This document shows, one piece after another, positions 7,929-16,123 of a stretch of DNA of 32,000 bases (within the stretch, counting starts at the first letter, position 1; each line of letters begins with the position of its first letter). The DNA is from Gemmata obscuriglobus (GTDB lineage Bacteria > Planctomycetota > Planctomycetia > Gemmatales > Gemmataceae). The position numbers and the translations under genes were made by a program. The DNA lies in contig NZ_CP042911.1 of assembly GCF_008065095.1 (NCBI RefSeq), positions 5,430,001 through 5,462,000 of the forward strand. Reading direction: 5' to 3'. The notes below the pieces were generated by a model. That model was not told where the DNA came from and ran no database searches. It saw nothing but the letters and a program-made list of their open reading frames with translations.

Positions 7929-9293
7929 GTGGAAGCGTCCATATTTCTTGATTTCCGACTCCCCAACGCAGCGACGTGGTTCTACTTCTCGCTGTTCCTG
8001 ACCGTCGCGCTGTTTTTCCAGTTCAACCGCCTGTTGTCCGTCCGAAATTTAGACCTATTGATGCTGTTCTTGCTGGTGCCGGGATTTTTGATTTTGCGAG
8101 AAGTTGCCGATCTCGAAGCCGCCGTGCGGGAGAGTGGTGATCCCGGTGGGGACCTGGCACGCCGCGCCGGCCGCGAACGCACTTTGGGTTACCTCTGGCT
8201 ACTGGCCGGGTCGCTGTTCTGGTTTCTACGCGCCATTCTCGACTCGGTGCTCGTGCGCCGGCCGCCGCTCGCCACCAACCTGAACACACCGGGGCTCGCG
8301 TGGCTCGGGATCGCCCTGTTCGTGGGCCTCACCGCGGTGGCCACGCGCCCGACCCCCGATCAGGCGAACCAGCAGCCTGTGGGCAAGAAGTCCGCGACCA
8401 TCGATCAGGTGCAAGACACCGCCACCGCAGTCGTGCAGCAGGCTCAAGACACTAACGGCGGGCACGCGTCGCGTGAGGCCGTGCGTTTTTGGGCCGAGCG
8501 CAGTTTGGCGATGCTCGGTCACGCTTCGGTCCTGATCGGGTTGCTGATGATCGGCTGGCGCCACTTCGGCGACATCACGACCGGAGTAGCCGCCGCGGCG
8601 CTGTACACGCTACTACCGTACACGGCCTACAACGTGGGGCAGTTTCACCACGTCCTACCCACGGCGTTCTTGGTGTGGGCGATCTTCTGTTACCGCCGGC
8701 CGACCCTTGCCGGCTGGCTCCTCGGGTTGGCGGTGGGGTGTGGGGTGTTCCCAGCGTTGCTGTTCCCGTTGTGGTTCGGCTTCTTCAGCCGCCGCGGCGC
8801 GATGCGATTCGGGTTCGCGTTTTTGACGGCCAGTGCCGTCAGCATCGGGGTGACAGCACTTGTCCTGTGGCTCGCAGGCCCGACCGGGCGCGGGGCGGTG
8901 GAGGCGCTGAACCTTGCTTACTGGAAGCCGTGGACGCCGCCGACGACCGAGAGCGTGTGGAGCGGGACGCACTGGGCGTACCGCTTGCCACTTTTCGTGT
9001 TGTTCGTGGGCTTCGTGGTCAGCACAACCATTTGGCCGACTCGGAAGAACCTGTCGCACCTTGTGGCGCAGTCCGCGGCGATCCTGATTGGTGTCCAGTT
9101 CTGGCACGCGGACCACGGCGGACTGTACGTGTTGTGGTATTTGCCGCTGGTACTGCTTATGGTGCTGCGACCCAATTTGACGGCCGCGGAGCCGCCCCCG
9201 ATTGCGCCCGGCAGCGTGCTGACCCGGCTGGCGGGTGCGGCGTGGCGCCGCGTGCGCCCGGGTGCGGCGACCGAGAAGCCTCTGGCCGTGTGA
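7929..9293 (+). CDS. Polytopic integral membrane protein of unknown function (about 11-12 predicted TM helices). The architecture is GT-C-like, but that reading is speculative.
   Basis: The track ORF is 7851..9293. There is a long series of hydrophobic helices: WFYFSLFLTVALFFQF, LDLLMLFLLVPGFLIL, LGYLWLLAGSLFWFL, LAWLGIALFVGLTAVA, SVLIGLLMIGW, LAGWLLGLAVGCGVFPALLFPLWFGFF, FAFLTASAVSIGVTALVLWLA, LPLFVLFVGFVVSTTIW, LYVLWYLPLVLLMVL. I chose the GTG at 7929 as the start because 7851 lies inside the putative promoter and the first 26 codons have weaker GC3. The start remains uncertain. Confidence 0.75.
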   Translation: MEASIFLDFRLPNAATWFYFSLFLTVALFFQFNRLLSVRNLDLLMLFLLVPGFLILREVADLEAAVRESGDPGGDLARRAGRERTLGYLWLLAGSLFWFLRAILDSVLVRRPPLATNLNTPGLAWLGIALFVGLTAVATRPTPDQANQQPVGKKSATIDQVQDTATAVVQQAQDTNGGHASREAVRFWAERSLAMLGHASVLIGLLMIGWRHFGDITTGVAAAALYTLLPYTAYNVGQFHHVLPTAFLVWAIFCYRRPTLAGWLLGLAVGCGVFPALLFPLWFGFFSRRGAMRFGFAFLTASAVSIGVTALVLWLAGPTGRGAVEALNLAYWKPWTPPTTESVWSGTHWAYRLPLFVLFVGFVVSTTIWPTRKNLSHLVAQSAAILIGVQFWHADHGGLYVLWYLPLVLLMVLRPNLTAAEPPPIAPGSVLTRLAGAAWRRVRPGAATEKPLAV

Positions 9294-9354
9294 TCTGCCT
9301 TCCACAAATCCCGTCCGACTGGTAACCTCCCGTGACCTTCGGTGGGGGGCACTT

Positions 9355-9939
9355 ATGCGCGATCGTTTGCGGTTCGTTCTCAGCTTAACGGCGGCCGCTC
9401 TGGTCATCGCGGCCCCACTGGTCTACTCAGCTAACGAGAACACGCACCGACGTAACTTTCGTGTGGTCGAGGAGGGCGTGTTGTACCGGAGCGGGCAGCT
9501 TACACCCGCGGGACTCGACAGCGTGGTCCGCGACCACAGCATCCGGACCGTAGTGTCGCTCCGCACCTCTCGAACGGCCGCCCCACCACCCGACAGTTGG
9601 GAAGAAGGGGTGTGCGCGGCGAAAGGGCTCAACCACGTTCGCATTGTGCCGCGTGTTTGGGGAGCGGACGAGAAGGGAGAGATTCCAGCGGAACAAGCGG
9701 TACAAGAGTTCCTGACGGTGATGGAAAAGAAGGAAAATCATCCCGTTCTGGTTCACTGCTTCGCGGGCATTCATCGCACCGGAACCATGTGCGCGATCTT
9801 TCGCATGGAGCACCACAGGTGGACCGCCGAACGAGCGATGACTGAGATGCAGCTATACGGGTTCGCCCCCGAGGATTTGCACGAACACATTTCGGTGTAT
9901 CTGCGCGATTACAAGCCCCGCGGAAAGGGAATGAAATAG
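9355..9939 (+). CDS. Membrane-anchored protein-tyrosine / dual-specificity phosphatase family protein (Cys-X5-Arg)
   Basis: The active-site loop is VLVHCFAGIHRTGTM (HCX5R[ST]). The upstream part reads NFRVVEEGVLYRSGQLTPAGLDSVVRDHSIRTVVSLR, typical of the atypical-DSP / tyrosine phosphatase family. The N-terminus MRDRLRFVLSLTAAALVIAAPLVYS is a signal sequence or anchor. The track ORF begins at 9235, but the ATG at 9355 removes the overlap with the upstream gene. Confidence 0.85.
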   Translation: MRDRLRFVLSLTAAALVIAAPLVYSANENTHRRNFRVVEEGVLYRSGQLTPAGLDSVVRDHSIRTVVSLRTSRTAAPPPDSWEEGVCAAKGLNHVRIVPRVWGADEKGEIPAEQAVQEFLTVMEKKENHPVLVHCFAGIHRTGTMCAIFRMEHHRWTAERAMTEMQLYGFAPEDLHEHISVYLRDYKPRGKGMK

Positions 9940-9960
9940 AGCGGTGTTGTCCGCTATTTT
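9940..9960 (+). terminator. Weak intrinsic terminator candidate after the phosphatase gene
   Basis: AGCGG, loop TGTTGT, CCGCT, followed by ATTTT, immediately after the TAG at 9937-9939. The stem is only 5 bp. Confidence 0.3.
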
Positions 9961-10704
9961 CCGCCGCAACCGCCGTGTTTTGTAGCCTTTTGGCCGGCGT
10001 CTGGGTTCCTAACAGTCGCAACAGCATCAAAATCATCATTGCACGATAACCTGATACTCGACAGCGTTGTCGCTTATCACGGGCACCGGATCGAGTCCGT
10101 TAGGACTTGTGGGGGCGCGGGCAGCCACTCGAAAATGTGCCGCACCACACATGACCAAGTGAACACCGGAGACGCTAGGGGGCGGACACACCGTACAACG
10201 CGTGCGAGCGTTGAAGTGCTGCGGGTGCCGGGGGCCGTCCGAGTTGTTGACTTTCGTTTCCCCACTTCGCACTACCTTTCGCGCGCCGCCCACCCGGACC
10301 TTCACCACAGCCGCAAGGGATCTCCTCACCCAGCAACCACATCATGCGAGATCGCCAGCGCGGGCTCGTCGCTCACGCGAAGCCCAGTGGTTTCAAGTTG
10401 GCGACAGCTTTGACCAGATCAATTGCAGCCCTCGAACACGCCCAAACTGTATTTGGAAAAACTCATCCCGCGGGCGTGCAATGCCGGCATCGGTGGCCTC
10501 AATGTCCCACGCCCCGCTGCGCGGCCGCAGGTTCTGTCGCCCGCTTTGCCGGGCCAGGCGCGTTTGATTCGGGCCGGCGAATACGGGTTCATCACCCGCG
10601 CCTGTGCCACCACTTCGATGGCGCATTAACCCGCCGTGGAACTCAACATTTCCGCCTGGAGAAACGGGCCGTTACGGTTCGGAAAATCCGTCCGAAGGTT
10701 CCGC

Positions 10705-10734
10705 TTGCATTGGGTTTCGTTCTGTGCGTATCAT
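10705..10734 (+). promoter_or_regulatory. Sigma-70-like promoter candidate (TTGCAT-N18-TATCAT) upstream of the first glycosyltransferase
   Basis: TTGCAT lies at 10705-10710, followed by an 18-nt spacer and TATCAT at 10729-10734. It sits about 48 nt upstream of the ATG at 10782, which is itself preceded by GGGAAGGAA. Confidence 0.35.
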
Positions 10735-10781
10735 CTCCCGACCGCGGGCGGACCCGCGGCCGCCACTGGGAAGGAACCCGC

Positions 10782-11870
10782 ATGGCCCTGGCTATCCCGC
10801 CAGACGGCACCCCGCCGCACGCGCCCGCCGCCGCACTGAGCCGCGGGCACGAACTCACACTCGCCCACCGGCGCGCCTCCGCGCCTGCGGCGCGGCTGGC
10901 GGTCGTCGTCGTCAACTTCTGCCAGTGGCGCAACACGGCACGCCTGGTCCAACAGCTCCGCCGCTCCGCGGCGGTCAAGACCGGGGTCGCGACGATCCAG
11001 GTTGTGGACAACGGGTCACCGTCGCACCCGCTCGCCAACCGGCTCGCCCGGATGCGTGGCGTCACGGTCCGCAAAGTCAACGCCAACCTCGGGTTCGCCG
11101 CGGCCGTCAACCGCGGGTGCAAACTAACCACCGGCCCGTGGGTGCTGCTCCTCAACCCCGACACCACGGTCACCGACGGCTTCCTCGACGACGTCCTCGG
11201 TCTGGCAACCCGCAACGATCTGCCCGTGGACGTCGGCGTGGTCGGGTTCCGACTGCTGAATCGGGACGGTACGCCTCAGCCCTCGGCCGGGTCGTTTCCG
11301 TCGTTCGGCCGAACGGTCGCGGGACTGTTCCTGGCACGCGCCAGACGCAAGTGTGACCTCAACCCGGGGGGTGATAAGCGAGCGGTCGAGTGGGCCACCG
11401 GGGGGTGTTTCCTGGTGCGGCGCGAGTGCTTCGAGCAACTCAGCGGGTTGGACGAATCGTTTTTCCTCTACTACGAGGATGTCGACTTTTGCCGCCGCGC
11501 CGCGGACCGCGGGTGGCGGGTGTGGTTCGACCCGGCGCTCGAGGTGACGCACCACTGGCCACTGCACGCGCGGCGGGTGCCGCCTCCGCTACGTCTGGTC
11601 ACGCGGCACGCGCTCTTAACCTACGCCCGCCGCCACTGGGCCGCCTGGCAGGCTAACCTGCTCTCCGGCGCGGTATGGCTCGAAGCCGGCGCGCGCGAGC
11701 TGGCGGCAACGGTTCGGGGCGAAACCGAGGCCGCGCGGTGCTTCGGCCAGCTCCGGCGCCTTGTCGGCGACATCACATCCGGGCGGACGCGTGAGGCGGC
11801 GGCCCGCATCCGCTATGCGGCGGCGTTCCTACACCCGATAGCGGCCGAACAGGACGGGCGCACCAGCTAG
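10782..11870 (+). CDS. Family 2 glycosyltransferase (GT-A fold, RfbF/rhamnosyltransferase-like)
   Basis: Motifs present: LAVVVVNFCQWRNTARLVQQL, VVDNGS, NLGFAAAVNRG, LLLNPDT and GGCFLVRRECFEQLSGLDESFFLYYEDVDFCRRAADRGWRVWFDPALEVTHH. The track ORF begins at 10344, but the upstream 146 codons are Arg/His/Cys-rich with no family similarity. The ATG at 10782 has an RBS-like GGGAAGGAA. Confidence 0.88.
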   Translation: MALAIPPDGTPPHAPAAALSRGHELTLAHRRASAPAARLAVVVVNFCQWRNTARLVQQLRRSAAVKTGVATIQVVDNGSPSHPLANRLARMRGVTVRKVNANLGFAAAVNRGCKLTTGPWVLLLNPDTTVTDGFLDDVLGLATRNDLPVDVGVVGFRLLNRDGTPQPSAGSFPSFGRTVAGLFLARARRKCDLNPGGDKRAVEWATGGCFLVRRECFEQLSGLDESFFLYYEDVDFCRRAADRGWRVWFDPALEVTHHWPLHARRVPPPLRLVTRHALLTYARRHWAAWQANLLSGAVWLEAGARELAATVRGETEAARCFGQLRRLVGDITSGRTREAAARIRYAAAFLHPIAAEQDGRTS

Positions 11871-11925
11871 TTTCAAGTTGCGAAGCCCAGGCTTCTGTCT
11901 TTAACTTGGAACCGGAGCCGGGAAC

Positions 11926-12855
11926 TTGGAACTCTCAATCGTTATCCCTTCGCACTCGCGACCCGACCTCCTCACGTTGTGCCTCGCCAGTGTGCGTGAC
12001 TACGCCCCTCCCGGAACGGAAGTGATCGTCGTGGACGACGGCTCCCGCGACGCGACGGTGTCACGCGCGGCGGCAGCGTTCGCGGGCGTAAAAGTGGTGC
12101 GCCGGCCGCGGGCGGGGGGGTTCTGCGTCGCAGCCAACGCGGGCATTGCGGCCGCGAGTGGAACGGTTATCGAGTTACTCAACGACGACGCCGAGGTAAC
12201 GGACGGTTGGGCCGATGCGGCACTGCGGTGGTTCGCCGACCCACAACTCAGCGCGGTGGCGCCGCTGGTATTACAGAACCGCCCCGAGCGGCGCGCACAG
12301 GGGCTGCCGCCGCTGATCGATACAGCCGGTGACGAGTACGACATGGGCGGGTTCGCACGGAAGCGCGGGCACGGGAGTATGTGGGAAGCGAGAAGTGGTG
12401 AGCCGGAAGTCGGAACTGAGTGGTCGGTGGCTCGCGGCTCAACCCATACACCTCACCCGGTCTGGGGCGCCAGCGCATGCGCGGCGTTTTACCGCGCCGA
12501 GGCCCTGCGCGCCGCGGGCGGGTTCCCGGAACACTTCGGAGCGTACTTCGAGGACGTGGACCTGTCGTTCCGGCTCCGCCGGCGCGGCGGCGGAATCGTT
12601 TTCGAGCCGCGTTCGGTTGTATGGCACCGCGTGTCGGGCAGTTACGGGCGCCGGCCGTCGCGCCGAACGCTGGAGCGTCAGTCCTGTAACGAAGAGCGGG
12701 TGTTCTGGCGCAACGTGCGCGGGCGCGAACTCGCAAAGCACCTGCCACGACACGCCGCCGTGCTCGCAGGCAAGGCACTGCGCCGCTGGCAGGAAGGCTC
12801 ACTGCTCCCGTGGTTCCTCGGGCGGGTGCGGGCGGCGGTAACGTCCGCCTCGTAA
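11926..12855 (+). CDS. Family 2 glycosyltransferase
   Basis: (M)ELSIVIPSHSRPDLLTLCLASVRDYAPPGTEVIVVDDGSRD, AGGFCVAANAGIAAASGTVIELLNDDAEV and YFEDVDLSFRLRRRGGGIVFEPRSVVWH are GT2 motifs, including the DxD-like DDGS/NDD. The start is a TTG at 11926. Confidence 0.88.
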   Translation: MELSIVIPSHSRPDLLTLCLASVRDYAPPGTEVIVVDDGSRDATVSRAAAAFAGVKVVRRPRAGGFCVAANAGIAAASGTVIELLNDDAEVTDGWADAALRWFADPQLSAVAPLVLQNRPERRAQGLPPLIDTAGDEYDMGGFARKRGHGSMWEARSGEPEVGTEWSVARGSTHTPHPVWGASACAAFYRAEALRAAGGFPEHFGAYFEDVDLSFRLRRRGGGIVFEPRSVVWHRVSGSYGRRPSRRTLERQSCNEERVFWRNVRGRELAKHLPRHAAVLAGKALRRWQEGSLLPWFLGRVRAAVTSAS

Positions 12856-12910
12856 GGACGGCCTTTGACGCCGGGCGGGCGTCCGTTCACCAGACGGCCC
12901 GCTCAGGCCG

Positions 12911-15889
12911 TCACCCCACAGGTTGCGGCGTGATGGTCAGCGCGGCCCGCACCGCGGTCACGAGTTCCTGCGGCCGGTACGGCTTGCTCAACAGCCCCTG
13001 CGACCCGTCCAGCTCGCTCAGGTCGTCGGCCGCATACCCGGTCGAGAACAGCACCCGCACGTTCGGGTCAATGCGAATCATGTGCCGTGATGCCTCGCTC
13101 CCCGACATCCGCGGCATCGTCACGTCCAGAATCACCAGCGCAATGTCCTGCCACTCGCGGGTAAACACCTCGACCGCCTCTTGCCCGTCTTCGGCCAACA
13201 GGACGTGGTACCCGGCCCGGGAGAGCACCGCGAACCCGAGGTCGCGGATCATCTGCTCGTCGTCCACCAACAGGATCGTGGTCGGGGTGTGACCGTGCGG
13301 GGGCGGGAACGGCACCGGCAGCGGGGTCGGCGCCTGCGACCGCGACGGCGTCGCGATCAGTTCCGACACCGGCAGGTTCAGCTCCATCCGGGTGCCGGTG
13401 CCGGGCGCGGAATGGACCTCGATCCACCCGTGGTGCTGCTTCACGATGCCGTGAACCATCGGCAGCCCCAGGCCGGTGCCCTTACCGATGCCCTTGGTGG
13501 TGAAGAACGGCTCGAACAGCCGCGTCTTCACCTCGTCGGACATCCCGCACCCGGTGTCCGCGACCGTGAACCGCACGTACCGGCCGGGCGGCACGTCGTC
13601 CCACCCGGCCGGCACCGGGTCGTCGGGCCGCAGGTCCACGGGCCGCGCGGTGAACACCACCACCCCGCCGTCGGGCATCGCGTCGCGCGCGTTCAGCCCG
13701 AGGTTCATGATGGCCTGGACGAGCAGCGTCGGGTCTGCGTGGACCGGTGGGCAGTCGGGCGGCACGTCCACCGTCAAGCCGACCCGCGGCCCCACCGTAC
13801 ACCGCATCAGTCCGACCACCTCGTTGAGCGCCGCGAGCGGCTCGACCGGCGCGAACACGAGCTGGTTGCGCCGCGCGTACCCGAGCAGCTTGCGGGTCAG
13901 GTCGGCGGCCCGGGTCGCGGCCTGCTCCGCCGCGCAGACCAGTTCCCCGTTCGGGTCGTCGGGGCCGAGCCGCACCAGCGACAGGTTGCCCAGCACAGCG
14001 GTGAGCAGGTTGTTGAAGTCGTGCGCCACCCCGCCGGCCATCTGCCCGATGGCCTCCATCTTGTGCGCCTGCCGGAGCTGGTCCTCGAGCAGCCGGCGCT
14101 CGGTGACGTTGACCGACACGCCCAGGCCGTACTCGTAAGCCCCCCGCGCGTCGCGGATGGCCGCGAACGAGAGCTCGGCCCACACCACCTGGCCGTCGGG
14201 CCGCAGGTACCGCAGGGAGTACGCGAACCGGTCGCGGGCCCCGGCCCGCACCTCGTCCATCAGCGCCTGCTGCGCGGCCAGGTCCTCGGGGTGCGTGACG
14301 CTCGCCGGGGTGAGCTGGAGCACCTCCTCGACCGAGCGCCCGAGCATCGCGGCGAACGCCGGGTTGCACGACACGAACAGCCCGGCCGCGTTGGTCAGGG
14401 ACACCCCCGCCGAGGTGCTCTCGAAGATGCCGCGGAACATCCCCTCGCTGCGGCGCAGCTCCTCCTCGGCCTTGCGCCGCTCGGTCACGTCGTTGACCAG
14501 CGCCAGCTTCACCCCGCGGCCCTCCAGGCTGAGCGCGAACGACGACACCTCGACGTCCAGGAGCGCGCCGCTGCGGGTGCGGTGCCGGCGCAGCGCCGGC
14601 GGGCCGTCCGGGCGGCTGCTGTCGCCGGGCGCGAGCGGCGGCTCCGCGTCCAGCACCCGGATGTCGGACACGGTGAGCGTCAGGAACTCGTCGCGCGTGT
14701 ACCCGTACTTGCGCAGCGCCGCCTCGTTGATCGCCAGGACGCGGAGCGTCTGCGTGTCGTACACGAACACCGGGTGCGGCACCGCGCGGAACAGTTGCCG
14801 GTACCGCTCCTCGCTCTTGCGCAGCGCGTCCTCGGCGGCCTTCAGCGCCGAGATGTCCAGGGCCACGGTCACCACCCCGCGGGCGCCGGCCGGTTCGCTG
14901 TCGATCCCGTCGGGCATCCACAGCGGCGCCTTACTGGCGAGCCACGGGCGCTCGTCCCCGTTCGGCGCCGGGTACCGGGTCTCGAACTGGGTCGGGCGGC
15001 AGGTGGCCATCACCTCGCGGTCCCGCTCGGCGGTCTTCGCGCCGTGCGCCGGGCCGACCAGTTCGGTCGCGGTGCGCCCGACCGCGGCCTCCGGGGTGAC
15101 CCCGAGCAGCTCCGCCTGGAACTGGTTCATCACGAGATACCGGCCGTCCCGGTCCTTGGCGCTGATCGGCCCCGGGAACGCGTCGATGATGGCGCGGAGC
15201 AACTGCCCGGTCTGGCGCGCGCGGCGCTCGGCCGACTTGCGGCGGTCGATGTCCCGCTGGATCAGCACCCAGTGCGACAGCGTGCCGTCCGGGTCCGGCA
15301 CCGGCACCGCGCTGAGGTCCACCCAAAACGGGGTGCCGTCCTTTCGGTAGTTGCGCAACTCCACACGCAGCGAGGTGCCGGCGTCCATCGCGGTCGCGAG
15401 CCGGGCCAGCGTCTCGGGGTCGGTGCTGGCCCCGCGGAGCATGTACAGCGACCGCCCGATGACGTCGGCGCGCGAGTACCCGGTGAGCCGGCAGAACGCG
15501 TCGTTCACATACATAACGGACCGGCCCGGGCGGACGGGTCCAGGCACCGCTTCGACGATGGCGACCGCGTCGTGCGCGTGGATGACTGCCGATTCGAGCA
15601 ACCGGAGCCGCACGTCGGACTCCGGGAGCGAGTCCTGCGTGGCGCCGCGCGGCGCCGGGCGCGCCGGGGCGGCGGAGCGGGCACGCCATCCGACGACCGC
15701 CGCCCCCAGAACCAGTACGGCCACCAGCGGCGCCGCCGCCGCCGGAGCGGCGACGGTGATAGCGGCCGCGGCCCCGGCCCCGACGACCGCGAGGGCGGCC
15801 GACATCCATGGGAACGGTGGTTTCTGAGGTGCGTGTGTCACAAGCGATCCAACGAGGACCGGCGGCACGAGCCGCCGGGGCGGGGCCAC
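12911..15889 (-). CDS. Hybrid sensor histidine kinase: 2 TM helices, about 4 PAS domains, HisKA, HATPase_c and a C-terminal receiver
   Basis: The 992-aa ORF has N-terminal hydrophobic helices (ALAVVGAGAAAAITVAAPAAAAPLVAVLVLGAAVVGW) and four PAS-like segments (for example VNDAFCRLTGYSRADVIGRSLYML and FVSCNPAFAAMLGRSVEEVL). The H-box is MEAIGQMAGGVAHDFNNLL. The N/G boxes are NLGLNARDAM, DTGCGM and GKGTGLGL. The receiver is ILLVDDEQMIRD...LVILDVTMPRMSG. The start is GTG 15889 or ATG 15805. Confidence 0.92.
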   Translation of the reverse strand: MAPPRRLVPPVLVGSLVTHAPQKPPFPWMSAALAVVGAGAAAAITVAAPAAAAPLVAVLVLGAAVVGWRARSAAPARPAPRGATQDSLPESDVRLRLLESAVIHAHDAVAIVEAVPGPVRPGRSVMYVNDAFCRLTGYSRADVIGRSLYMLRGASTDPETLARLATAMDAGTSLRVELRNYRKDGTPFWVDLSAVPVPDPDGTLSHWVLIQRDIDRRKSAERRARQTGQLLRAIIDAFPGPISAKDRDGRYLVMNQFQAELLGVTPEAAVGRTATELVGPAHGAKTAERDREVMATCRPTQFETRYPAPNGDERPWLASKAPLWMPDGIDSEPAGARGVVTVALDISALKAAEDALRKSEERYRQLFRAVPHPVFVYDTQTLRVLAINEAALRKYGYTRDEFLTLTVSDIRVLDAEPPLAPGDSSRPDGPPALRRHRTRSGALLDVEVSSFALSLEGRGVKLALVNDVTERRKAEEELRRSEGMFRGIFESTSAGVSLTNAAGLFVSCNPAFAAMLGRSVEEVLQLTPASVTHPEDLAAQQALMDEVRAGARDRFAYSLRYLRPDGQVVWAELSFAAIRDARGAYEYGLGVSVNVTERRLLEDQLRQAHKMEAIGQMAGGVAHDFNNLLTAVLGNLSLVRLGPDDPNGELVCAAEQAATRAADLTRKLLGYARRNQLVFAPVEPLAALNEVVGLMRCTVGPRVGLTVDVPPDCPPVHADPTLLVQAIMNLGLNARDAMPDGGVVVFTARPVDLRPDDPVPAGWDDVPPGRYVRFTVADTGCGMSDEVKTRLFEPFFTTKGIGKGTGLGLPMVHGIVKQHHGWIEVHSAPGTGTRMELNLPVSELIATPSRSQAPTPLPVPFPPPHGHTPTTILLVDDEQMIRDLGFAVLSRAGYHVLLAEDGQEAVEVFTREWQDIALVILDVTMPRMSGSEASRHMIRIDPNVRVLFSTGYAADDLSELDGSQGLLSKPYRPQELVTAVRAALTITPQPVG

Positions 15890-16123
15890 CGTTCGGAGGC
15901 TCCCAAGCTACCATAAACCCGATCCCGGACGGTTCCAAACGCACCGCCGATAATGCCGCCCGCCGGTTTGACGCCGGCGCTCGAAGTTTCGGGAGCGGTG
16001 CGAACCGATTCGCGGCAGCCCCGAATATCCGCGCCACGCGCGAACAGGTCGCGGTTGTCCCGCGTGGTCCCGACACGGTTTCTTCAAAAACCGGCCTGAA
16101 CTCGAACACGACAGAACTCACTA

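Noticed and set aside
10036-10329. 97-aa minus-strand ORF in the gene-poor gap
   Set aside because: Its third-position GC is clearly lower by hand count than in the neighbouring genes. It has a GTG start with no RBS and no recognisable motif. I did not call it as a CDS, but flagged the region as a finding.
10344-10781. The upstream in-frame extension of the first GT2 ORF
   Set aside because: Its composition is Arg/His/Cys-rich with no GT2 similarity. A promoter-like element and an RBS-like GGGAAGGAA precede the ATG at 10782.
12867-12883. GACGCC-GGGCG-GGCGTC hairpin between the second GT2 and the histidine kinase as a terminator
   Set aside because: The stem is only 6 bp and has no U-tract on either strand, which is too weak to call.
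13181-15916. 911-aa ORF on the plus strand (with 13482..14921(-), 14157..15350(+) and 14931..16121(-)) overlapping the histidine kinase gene
   Set aside because: The translations are Arg/Gly/Pro/His/Ala-rich and of low complexity, with no recognisable motif. The minus-strand frame at 12911-15889 carries every HK/PAS/REC motif. These are classic GC-rich shadow ORFs.
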